Below, one piece after another: positions 1-7,817 of a stretch of DNA of 32,715 nt. Made by a program: the position numbers and the translations under genes. A model generated the notes under the pieces. The model had not been told where the DNA came from. It worked only from the letters and a program-made list of their open reading frames with translations, and ran no database searches. The stretch comes from an uncultured Pseudobdellovibrionaceae bacterium. GTDB taxonomy: Bacteria > Pseudomonadota > Alphaproteobacteria > Micavibrionales > Micavibrionaceae. Location: contig CAYSGL010000001.1 of NCBI GenBank assembly GCA_964430725.1, positions 1-32,715 of the forward strand, given 5' to 3'. Numbering within the stretch: the stretch's first letter is position 1; each line of letters begins with the position of its first letter.

Positions 1-8
1 TGTAGCGC

Positions 9-45
9 GACACATGGTTTGAGTACTCACGACAGATGGTTTGAG
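9..45. repeat. Two direct 15-bp repeats next to the terminal TG; candidate transposase end-binding sites (R1/R2-like)
   Basis: GACACATGGTTTGAG at 9-23 and GACAGATGGTTTGAG at 31-45 match at 14/15 positions and start 22 bp apart (two helical turns). They lie immediately inside the 5'-TG terminus. Confidence 0.6.
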
Positions 46-146
46 AATTAGCAAAAGCTAAAAAACCACCCTGTCGGACGCCCTACCTACCCCCTTTCCA
101 AGTCTAAAAGCCCGGTTTTCCAAGGCGTCAGAATATGAAAACGTCC

Positions 147-971
147 TCAAGCCTTGATCCCCTTTAATTTGACGTTGCTAATCAGCACTTCTCCAACCGG
201 CTTGGCATGGCCTCGGCCGGCCAGCGTATACAGTGTTTTCACTTTATATATATTGAAGCCCTTAAACAATTTTCGCACTTCAGGGCGGTCATTTAAGGAC
301 AAAATGAAGGTGCCTTTAATTCCCTTTAAAAGCTCTGCCATGGCGGTGAATTCGTCCCGGTTGAACAGCCCGTGTCCGTAGTCTCCTTCGTTTCCGTAAT
401 ATGGCGGATCAAGATAAAACAGGGTAGTATCCCGATCGTACCGTCTGATAAATTCCTTATAATCCAGACATTCAATGACCACGCCGGCAAGCCGTTCGTG
501 AACGTCCTCCAGCATGGGGATAAGCTTGGTGATGTTGAAACGGCCACCGCCGGTTACGTCAACGCCGAAATTCTTGCCCGATACTTTGCCACCGAAGGCA
601 AGGCGCTGCAGGTATAGGAATCGTGCCGCACGTTGCAAATCTGTCAGGGTGGTGGGATCTGTGATCGCCAGCCGCTCGAACTCAGCGCGGGTGGTCAGTT
701 TCCAGCGGATCAGCTCAATGAAGGGCAAATAATGGTGCTCCAGCACCCGAAAGAGATTGGCGACGTCCTTGCTGTAGTCATTGATTACTTCGGCTTTCGG
801 TCGGTGGTCGCGGCGCAGAAAAACACCGCCCATCCCGACAAAAGCCTCGCAATAAGTGGCGTGAGGAATGGTGTTGATATGCTGGATGATGGTTTTGGCG
901 AGATAGCGCTTGCCGCCGATATAGGGAGCAACAGGTTTGGTCGGGGTAACGGGTTGGAGAGCAGTTTTCAT
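147..971 (-). CDS. DNA adenine methyltransferase, D12/Dam family
   Basis: 274-aa ORF with the AdoMet motif EAFVGMGGVF (FxGxG) and the catalytic DPPY motif (FYLDPPYY). It is the last gene before the prophage end. Target specificity cannot be read from the sequence. Confidence 0.9.
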   Translation of the reverse strand: MKTALQPVTPTKPVAPYIGGKRYLAKTIIQHINTIPHATYCEAFVGMGGVFLRRDHRPKAEVINDYSKDVANLFRVLEHHYLPFIELIRWKLTTRAEFERLAITDPTTLTDLQRAARFLYLQRLAFGGKVSGKNFGVDVTGGGRFNITKLIPMLEDVHERLAGVVIECLDYKEFIRRYDRDTTLFYLDPPYYGNEGDYGHGLFNRDEFTAMAELLKGIKGTFILSLNDRPEVRKLFKGFNIYKVKTLYTLAGRGHAKPVGEVLISNVKLKGIKA

Positions 972-991
972 GGTAGTTCTTTCGTCTTCAT

Positions 992-1012
992 CCGCCTTCG
1001 CTGGAAGGTCGG
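992..1012 (-). other. Hairpin in the 91-nt spacer upstream of the methylase start
   Basis: CCGCCTTC-GCTG-GAAGG(T)CGG forms 8 bp with one bulge. On the mRNA strand it ends about 20 nt before the ATG at 971. Confidence 0.35.
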
Positions 1013-1062
1013 ATGGCCGTAAGGCCGGTTAATATTGATAAGCCCCACGTTTTCAATGCTGG

Positions 1063-1347
1063 TTATGGTGGCATGGATTCGTCCCTTTTAAATGGAGTTA
1101 AAACGTTAGTGAAAAGATCAGGATTTTCAGCTTTATAAACAGCAAAATGTGCATTGCAGTAATGCATATTCTCGGCGATCAAATTAGAATGCTGGTTGCA
1201 AATAGCACGGTCGCAAGTTTTTCCGCCACCGACCGGGTAATCGCAAAGATTGATGCCTACATCTGCGCATTCAGCGCAGTGTGGTCCGAGATTGCCGCGA
1301 ATATGAAACTTATTTCCTTGACTGTCGTATCCGAAATAGCAGGGCAT
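1063..1347 (-). CDS. Cys/His-rich small protein, putative zinc-binding, unknown family
   Basis: 94 aa from the ATG at 1347, with GGGAG 8 nt upstream and a TGATG overlap with the upstream stop. The track ORF begins one codon earlier at TTG 1350. It has 7 Cys plus several His (CAEC, CDRAIC, HYCNAH). The DNA is visibly AT-richer than its neighbours. Confidence 0.7.
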   Translation of the reverse strand: MPCYFGYDSQGNKFHIRGNLGPHCAECADVGINLCDYPVGGGKTCDRAICNQHSNLIAENMHYCNAHFAVYKAENPDLFTNVLTPFKRDESMPP

Positions 1348-2168
1348 CAAGCTATCTCCCGTTCTTGCAGATATTCCGGTAAGGCACGCTTTCCCTGTGG
1401 TCTTTCCTGGTTATACCGTTCAGTGAGGCCTTGTACGGCCGCCGTGATGCGCGGCACGCTGGATTGCTCTTCATCGAAGAAATCTGTGACCATATTTTCA
1501 CCGACCAGCATGATGACCGTGTCCTCATGGATCGGATGATCGGCATGACGGCTATAAAAGCTCGCCAGGACACGGATGTACCCACCGCTGATATATCCTG
1601 CTTCATTGGGATAGGCCGCACGCAATATGCGCAGCGCCCAGATCAGGGCATCATCGCCATGTATCTTCATGGCCGATTTCAGGTTGGCCACAGAGAGCGT
1701 TTCATGCGGCTTCATAATGGTGACCTGCTTGGGATAGCGGGGAATTGAAACACCGGCAATCTCGCAGCATTTATGAAGCCTCACAGCAAGTTCGTCGCCG
1801 GCGGAAACCATAGCGTGATGAATGGCAAGAGCATGCATATTGACGCGCTGGGCATTGATGCCAACGAAAGCACAGGCCTGTGCCCTTGTGCCTTTGATAT
1901 CGAGAACGACGGCCGGAACCTCATCAAGAGGAATCCGGCGCGCGGCCAGGACGCGATGTTGGCCGTCAATCACCCAGTAACCGCCTTCCTCACGGCGCGT
2001 GACGGCGATCGGCAAAAACAAAGCCCAATCGAATTTCTCGGCGATATTTTTAATGACCGCCATGCCGCGCTTTGTGCTGACGGCGCGCTGGTATTTTTCA
2101 TTGATGTGCAGATCGTCGGGCTTGATCCACATCAAAATGGGCTTGGCGCTGGGGGCTTTATTCGTCAT
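1347..2168 (-). CDS. ParB/Srx-fold protein with a DGQHR motif; C-terminal half unassigned
   Basis: 273 aa. The N-terminal segment EKYQR...PIAV...YWVIDGQHRVLAARR matches the ParB/sulfiredoxin-type fold of the DGQHR/DGQQR subgroup. The start overlaps the upstream stop (TAATG). Confidence 0.7.
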   Translation of the reverse strand: MTNKAPSAKPILMWIKPDDLHINEKYQRAVSTKRGMAVIKNIAEKFDWALFLPIAVTRREEGGYWVIDGQHRVLAARRIPLDEVPAVVLDIKGTRAQACAFVGINAQRVNMHALAIHHAMVSAGDELAVRLHKCCEIAGVSIPRYPKQVTIMKPHETLSVANLKSAMKIHGDDALIWALRILRAAYPNEAGYISGGYIRVLASFYSRHADHPIHEDTVIMLVGENMVTDFFDEEQSSVPRITAAVQGLTERYNQERPQGKRALPEYLQEREIA

Positions 2169-2821
2169 TAAAACCCTCCCATAAAGACGGCAATGAACGT
2201 AATTGCCAGAATACCATAACCAAAAAAGCCGGTTAGGAATTCACCGATCGCGGTCGCGTGGTCAAGATAGGGAATGCCACGCCCGCGCTGGTTTGGGTAA
2301 ATTAAATGGCCGATCATATAGGCAGGGGCTTTTGTCAGGCCGGAAAGAGCCAGTACAGCGCCCCAAAGCGGATTGATGAACGACATCATCACGCCGGCGA
2401 TCAATGTGACAGCAAGGCCCGTAATCGCGAGCAACAGCGCATCATACCAATATTGGGGAATCTTGCCGTGTAGCCACAGGATCAAATATTCAAGTTTTTC
2501 CGGTTCGCGGCCGTCATCTGGCTCCTTATTATTTGTCGCCAAATCCATCCCCCCGCCGTGACCGGTGCGCTTGCCGATAAATGCGCCTGCATACGGCAAC
2601 AGAGCAATCGCCCAAACAATCGCCCAAAAGTATTTACGATTTTCTTTTTTCACGCTCAGGACGGTAGCCAGCGTGAGGGCGGCGGGCAGCGAGATCAACA
2701 GGTATGGCAGGGCATAAAGCCACTGGTCCAATCCCCACGGCATCTTTGGCGGCGCTCCGCCGCACATACGCGACAGCCATCCGCCCACAAAAGAAAATGT
2801 AAGGATGATAAGTAATATCAT
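2168..2821 (-). CDS. Polytopic inner-membrane protein, unknown function
   Basis: 217 aa with about six hydrophobic helices and a charged central loop (KEPDDGREPEK). An ATGA overlap couples it to the tail-fibre assembly-like gene. Confidence 0.75.
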   Translation of the reverse strand: MILLIILTFSFVGGWLSRMCGGAPPKMPWGLDQWLYALPYLLISLPAALTLATVLSVKKENRKYFWAIVWAIALLPYAGAFIGKRTGHGGGMDLATNNKEPDDGREPEKLEYLILWLHGKIPQYWYDALLLAITGLAVTLIAGVMMSFINPLWGAVLALSGLTKAPAYMIGHLIYPNQRGRGIPYLDHATAIGEFLTGFFGYGILAITFIAVFMGGF

Positions 2822-3282
2822 GATAAATTCGACAGTTGATTGCGCAATGCAGATATCTGACTTTCCAAGTCATCCAACCAACCGCCATCAATTTCTAGAG
2901 TTGCTTCTCTAATTCGTCGGGCGGTTTGTTGTGACTCCAAATTCTCAATATTCTCAATAATCTCCCGTCGCTGTATCTCTGTTTGTTTCTCTGGTGTAAT
3001 AACCCATGAATTGTTTACCCATTCATGGTCCGTGCTTAAAGGTACAAGATCGGTGTAACCGCTTGGAATGTCTTCATTCTGATGAATTTCTAGTATGCTT
3101 TTATCTTCTTTGCTATATACGGTGCGCATTTCAATGCTCAATATAAAAAGTTTATTTTTCTGTAAGGTCACTTTTTGCCCATTTACGAGTGCTAAAAGGG
3201 CTTCTTTGTATTCTTCATCTGTAATTTCGATAGCACCAGGAAATTCTGTTGTGCTTATTTTGTTGTTTGTTGCAAAGGGCAT
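2818..3282 (-). CDS. Tail fibre assembly/chaperone-like protein
   Basis: 154 aa, directly downstream of the fibre gene in the position of Mu U. It has an acidic, coiled C-terminus and lies in AT-rich DNA. The assignment rests mainly on position. Confidence 0.55.
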   Translation of the reverse strand: MPFATNNKISTTEFPGAIEITDEEYKEALLALVNGQKVTLQKNKLFILSIEMRTVYSKEDKSILEIHQNEDIPSGYTDLVPLSTDHEWVNNSWVITPEKQTEIQRREIIENIENLESQQTARRIREATLEIDGGWLDDLESQISALRNQLSNLS

Positions 3283-3283
3283 T

Positions 3284-4030
3284 TTATACGATCCTCATGT
3301 AAAAAGTTGCTGAAATGTTTTTGCTTCTTGTTTCACCTTCTGTGGTTTCAGAAACGCGCGCGTTCGGTGAGTTTGCTGAATTAAAATCAAGCGCTCTTGT
3401 GCCACCAGTGGATTGCGAGATAGCCCATCCATCAGGAAAAGCTGCTACAACATCCGACAGCGCGCCTGATGCTGAAACGGCACCGCCCGTGCCTACGTTT
3501 GAGCGGAATCTACCTGTTATTCTTTGCATTTGATCAAACTGATGCTCACCACTTGTGCCTCTAGCTCGAAGGAATGCTTCCATCGTATTGAGAAGATATA
3601 TATTTTCTCCGGCCAGCGGACCTATAGAAATTTCTGCGGTGGCAATGATTAAAGGAGAAGCGCCTGTAATGGATTCGTTGATAAGTAATCCTTCATTGTA
3701 CTCACCATCACCTGTCAGACCTGCAGTGAGCTTTATATATTTTTTTGATCCACTATTGCTTGGGGCAACAACGCCATCTAAATGATCCCAAAGGGCGAAC
3801 GGCTCGCCGATTCTCTTATGTCCTGATAGGATTTCTATCGCATCGATAAGTTGCGTAAGATTGTTTTCATCTGGCGATAGCCCTGCAGCAGTGATAGCTG
3901 AAACAATTTCACGCATTGGGTGCTCGATTGCGGCGGCTGGCACTGCCGAGCCTTCTGTGCCAGTACCGGGGTTTCCGTCAACATAAGGGTCGTTAGGATC
4001 GGCCGCGCCGATGGGGGCGATATATTTCAT
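3284..4030 (-). CDS. Tail fibre protein
   Basis: 248 aa. The N-terminus (DPNDPYVDGNPGTGTEGSAVPAAAIEHPMREIV) is typical of fibre baseplate-attachment regions. The C-terminus (GEHQF...ETRSKNISATFYMRIV) resembles a tail-collar-type receptor domain. Confidence 0.75.
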   Translation of the reverse strand: MKYIAPIGAADPNDPYVDGNPGTGTEGSAVPAAAIEHPMREIVSAITAAGLSPDENNLTQLIDAIEILSGHKRIGEPFALWDHLDGVVAPSNSGSKKYIKLTAGLTGDGEYNEGLLINESITGASPLIIATAEISIGPLAGENIYLLNTMEAFLRARGTSGEHQFDQMQRITGRFRSNVGTGGAVSASGALSDVVAAFPDGWAISQSTGGTRALDFNSANSPNARVSETTEGETRSKNISATFYMRIV

Positions 4031-4033
4031 GGT

Positions 4034-4627
4034 TTACACTCCTTCGTAAGCAAAAATAAGATTAGTGTGGGCGGGTTTCAGGCGGTTCAGGATGCATTCA
4101 AGATCTTCGGCGCGGCGGATGCTCATCAGCTTTTCACCGCACCGGCTAAGGCCTGTTCTAAACCACGTCACACGCGGCTCAACAACGCTGACGCGCCAAT
4201 AATACCGAACGTCATGGCCGCCGTTCAAAATATCACCGCATCGGCTGATGCCGCTGATAAACGGTTTGTATTCATCGATCTTTACTTCATAACCAAGGCT
4301 TTGGGCGACAGACATAAAATATGCTCTTGATTGACCGCCGCGTGCCGTAATTTTTTGAACAAGTGACAGATGTCGTTCTTGAAGGGTTTCTGGGATGCCG
4401 GCGCACAAATCAGGCAATCCGGCCACTCTCTCCCAATCTTCCAGCATTTCGAGCGTCGTGCGTGGATCGCTCTCATCGATCAGGTTGTCGGCTCGAAGAT
4501 GGAGGCGCGCTAGTTCCCCTGCGATAATATTGAGAACACGCGTTATAACCGCATGCCTGTTTCGCGTCCAGGCGGGGCCGGGTGGTAAAAGAGATTGCAA
4601 AAATGTAAGGTAGGAATCGCGGTTCAT
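4034..4627 (-). CDS. Mu gp48-like tail/baseplate protein (DUF2313-like)
   Basis: 197 aa with the N-terminal LLPPGPAW motif characteristic of Mu gp48/YmfQ-type proteins. Its position follows the baseplate J-like gene. Confidence 0.85.
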   Translation of the reverse strand: MNRDSYLTFLQSLLPPGPAWTRNRHAVITRVLNIIAGELARLHLRADNLIDESDPRTTLEMLEDWERVAGLPDLCAGIPETLQERHLSLVQKITARGGQSRAYFMSVAQSLGYEVKIDEYKPFISGISRCGDILNGGHDVRYYWRVSVVEPRVTWFRTGLSRCGEKLMSIRRAEDLECILNRLKPAHTNLIFAYEGV

Positions 4628-5700
4628 GGCAGATCATCCCATGTAAAGGCCCCGACGACCGGCATCTCCCCAAAAGGCATTTCAACGTCACCAGCTGGAT
4701 GGGTCAGGTTGTGGTTGAATTCGCCCACGGCCGTGCTGATGGCCTCTTGAATGCGTGACAGATACAATGTGCCGCCCGGCTTTGCTTCGCGGCGGAAAAA
4801 ATCTTCCAGTTCGGCTTTAATGGCATTTTGAACGGCAATTGTATTGGGTCTCAAATGGATTTCAAAATCCACTGGCGTTGGTGTCGGTGCAAACACGGTG
4901 ATGTCGGACGTAATTAATCGCCGATCATTGATATAATTTTGTACGCTGGCCACCTCGCCGGCCGATGGAATGATCGAGCCTGCTTTATTATCCATCACGA
5001 ATGTGAGGCCAACCGTGCCAAGGCCATACTGGAGAGGATAGACCCAGGCGCGGGTAACGCCAGGGACTTCTAATGCCCATGCGATGAAATCATGTGCAGC
5101 GCCTCCATGCGGAGGGTGTTGAATACGATCTAGAATTCGGTCACGATAATTTGTTTCTGGCTCAATGTCGGCTCCTCCGGTCAACCCGTTGCCAGACCCA
5201 TCGTCCGCAACAACCGCTTCCGACTGAACGCCTGCCACCGGGCTGACAAGGCTCATTTTTACACCAATAACCGCATTGCCGGATGCGCCGGGCGTTATTG
5301 CTGTAACGGTAGCTGTGGCGTTGCCGGCATTGATTGTTGTATCCTCATCGAGCACATATTCGACATTGTCTGCGCGGAGAAGGATAGAACCCGCTTGGAT
5401 TGTGCTGCCGTTGGCGCCGTGAAAAGTAACAAAACCAGAGGCAGGCGATGGAGTTTTACGAAGAACTCTCCAAGTTGTACCATGTCGATGGAGAAATTCT
5501 TCTTCCGCAGTGCTAGGTAGAATCTGTTTGGAAATATAATCCAGGTAACCGAACATCTCATGCGATGCCATGGCTATTATGCGTGCAAGAAAAGCTTCAA
5601 CAGATTGAGGAAGGCGCGCGTCTGCACCGGGAAAGGTAGCGTTGATCTCAACCTCTAGCCGGCGCAATATCTCTTTGGGTGTTGGCCGATTAAACGACAT
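4624..5700 (-). CDS. Baseplate J-like protein (Mu gp47-like)
   Basis: 358 aa in the conserved position between the gp46-like and gp48-like genes, with an ATGA-type overlap. Confidence 0.85.
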   Translation of the reverse strand: MSFNRPTPKEILRRLEVEINATFPGADARLPQSVEAFLARIIAMASHEMFGYLDYISKQILPSTAEEEFLHRHGTTWRVLRKTPSPASGFVTFHGANGSTIQAGSILLRADNVEYVLDEDTTINAGNATATVTAITPGASGNAVIGVKMSLVSPVAGVQSEAVVADDGSGNGLTGGADIEPETNYRDRILDRIQHPPHGGAAHDFIAWALEVPGVTRAWVYPLQYGLGTVGLTFVMDNKAGSIIPSAGEVASVQNYINDRRLITSDITVFAPTPTPVDFEIHLRPNTIAVQNAIKAELEDFFRREAKPGGTLYLSRIQEAISTAVGEFNHNLTHPAGDVEMPFGEMPVVGAFTWDDLP

Positions 5701-6175
5701 AGATTTCTCCGGTAATATTGTTCAGATCGAGCGAAAAACGACCGCCGTTGATCAGCTCAATCACGATGGAAGCGTCAAGTCGCCCGATCGCTGACCATTG
5801 TGCCTTAACTTCGATATCGGCCGCATGTCGGTCATCGATTAGCCACTGTAAGCTTTCTTCTATGTAGGCAATGGCACGGCGGCGGGTTTCTTCTGTTTGT
5901 TTTTCCCGGTGTAGCAACCACAGTCTTGACCCGACTCGTGCGCCAGGCGTTTCGGCCAAAGCATCGCCGCACCAGCCACGCCGATCGGGGGGAAGCAGAT
6001 TGCTGGAAAGATTATCTCCCGCATCTTCGGGTAGGCGATCATCCGGCTCTGCGCGGCGATCCGTCATCAAGCTGACGATGATGGCCGTGCGCAATCCTTC
6101 GTCTTTGAGCAATCCGGATAGACCCAGTGCGAGATCGATATCACCATGTTGAAGGACTTCGAATTTCATGGTCAC
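5690..6175 (-). CDS. Mu gp46-like baseplate protein
   Basis: 161 aa. The sequence DIDLALGLSGLLKDEGLRTAIIVSLMTDRRA...RRGWCGD resembles the GP46 family. Confidence 0.85.
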   Translation of the reverse strand: MTMKFEVLQHGDIDLALGLSGLLKDEGLRTAIIVSLMTDRRAEPDDRLPEDAGDNLSSNLLPPDRRGWCGDALAETPGARVGSRLWLLHREKQTEETRRRAIAYIEESLQWLIDDRHAADIEVKAQWSAIGRLDASIVIELINGGRFSLDLNNITGEIYVV

Positions 6176-6735
6176 ACTCCCATCTGCTGGTTGGGAACCG
6201 ATGTAGGCCCGCCGGAGTCGTTTTCCGGGTGGACGTGACCATTATATGTTTCGCGCATGCTTTGCATGGATTGTCCATCGCTATCAACCCGGTCGATGAT
6301 CTCCCCGGTACATTCCATTTGCGGGGTCTCAAAGCGCGCTTTTGTAGAGGCTTTAACAAGCAGTGTTTGTGTCGTTATCTCGATCGTACGGTTGCGTTTA
6401 AGAATGATGGAATCGCCTTCATCTGTATATAAGGCCACTTCACCAAGTTCGAGATTTTTGAGACGATAACGCGGATCATCAACAGATAAGGCAATGGGAT
6501 GATCGCGGTTGCCGCTGATAGATGCAAAAATAACTTGCGCACCTGGCAGTGGAACAGAGGTGAAGCCGTACTGCTGCACGCGCTCAACAGCGTCTTTAAT
6601 CTCACCTTTAAGGGCGGTAAATTGGACGCGCTGACGGCCGCCCTTGTCATTTACCGCCGCCAGCACTGCCCGGCCAATAAGAAGGTAGATGCGGTTTCTT
6701 AAAGATTGTACGGCTTTATCAAAGGACGGCGACAT
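6172..6735 (-). CDS. Mu gp45-like baseplate spike/assembly protein V
   Basis: 187 aa. It resembles the gp45/gpV family (QRVQFTALKGE...VERVQQYGFTS...) and has the conserved position. Confidence 0.85.
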   Translation of the reverse strand: MSPSFDKAVQSLRNRIYLLIGRAVLAAVNDKGGRQRVQFTALKGEIKDAVERVQQYGFTSVPLPGAQVIFASISGNRDHPIALSVDDPRYRLKNLELGEVALYTDEGDSIILKRNRTIEITTQTLLVKASTKARFETPQMECTGEIIDRVDSDGQSMQSMRETYNGHVHPENDSGGPTSVPNQQMGV

Positions 6736-7817
6736 TAACCCTCCCCCAAAATATCATCGCTATCCGGCTCTTTTTCTGCCTGAAGCTCGTATGCTTCAGG
6801 AATCGCCAGATCGAGTGTTGAAATTGTCCCCAAATTATCGCGGGAAAATGATGTGGATACGATCAACATTTCGCGGCTGATCGTGCGCGCGGGATCGATG
6901 ACCTGCACAAGCGTGTTTGGTTTCCACAAAATCTGCGCATCCGGATCGGCGTACCAAGTAACGACATCATAAGAAGCAGTGTTGGCACGGGCGCGCGCCA
7001 CGTTTCTCTGCCAGCGCGCGCGTTCTTGCAGTGTTTGATTAAAGCCTTGGCTTTCAGCGGTAATGACGGTTGGGCGATAGCGCGTCACCAGTTCATCGCG
7101 GGCGCGGCCCTCCCCGCTGCTGACTTCGGAGGCGGTGGTTTCATCATATCCCTCTGCCTGGCCTTTAACGACATAAAGGCTATGGCGTTTAGACCAGTCA
7201 TTCGAAACTTGACCTGATTTTATGTTTTGGCCGTAAATAAGGCGGCCAGGCGATTTGTCAGTGCCTGGCTTAACAAGAACGAGGCCACCTATGCCATTGG
7301 ATATTGGCAGCACAGCACGATAACGACAAATGCGCTCGATAAATTCATAGGCGGTTTCACCGGGCTGGATAGCAATGCGCTTAAATGCTGCACCTGTATC
7401 CGCCTCAACGACTAGATTGATGCCATAAGGCTTGATGATTTTTTCAATGACCTTTTCCAGCTTATGGTTATTGAATTCGAAAGGGCCATCGACACTGGCG
7501 GCGCAGTCAATCAGATCCCCGGTTTTATCACGCCCTGCAATTGCTATTCTGGCGTCGCGTTCATTGTAGCTATGTGATGCATTGTCGATATAACCATCGA
7601 GAACAGTTTCACCGTTAATCTCAACTTGCACAGGCAATCCAGCATGGATGGCGGATGATAAAAACCCTTCCTCTGGCTTTTGGGTAAGGCCAACCTGAAA
7701 TTCGGCACTCATCCGCTCAATCGAGCGTGTCAGGCGGATTTCTTTCCATACCTCCCACTTCTGCCCGTTGATTATCAGGGCATAAGAGACAGATGGTTGA
7801 TTGGCGGCATTAAACAT
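6735..7817 (-). CDS. Mu P (gp44)-like baseplate hub protein, gpD family
   Basis: 360 aa, following the N-like gene with an 8-nt overlap, as in Mu-like tail modules. Confidence 0.85.
   Translation of the reverse strand: MFNAANQPSVSYALIINGQKWEVWKEIRLTRSIERMSAEFQVGLTQKPEEGFLSSAIHAGLPVQVEINGETVLDGYIDNASHSYNERDARIAIAGRDKTGDLIDCAASVDGPFEFNNHKLEKVIEKIIKPYGINLVVEADTGAAFKRIAIQPGETAYEFIERICRYRAVLPISNGIGGLVLVKPGTDKSPGRLIYGQNIKSGQVSNDWSKRHSLYVVKGQAEGYDETTASEVSSGEGRARDELVTRYRPTVITAESQGFNQTLQERARWQRNVARARANTASYDVVTWYADPDAQILWKPNTLVQVIDPARTISREMLIVSTSFSRDNLGTISTLDLAIPEAYELQAEKEPDSDDILGEG

Noticed and set aside
972-1062. TCCGAC half-site 36 nt upstream of the methylase ATG, considered as a fourth late-promoter dyad (Pmom analogue)
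   Set aside because: The partner half-site at the N6 spacing is GCCTTA, which does not match. The spacing is off by one, and there is no -10-like element at the equivalent position.
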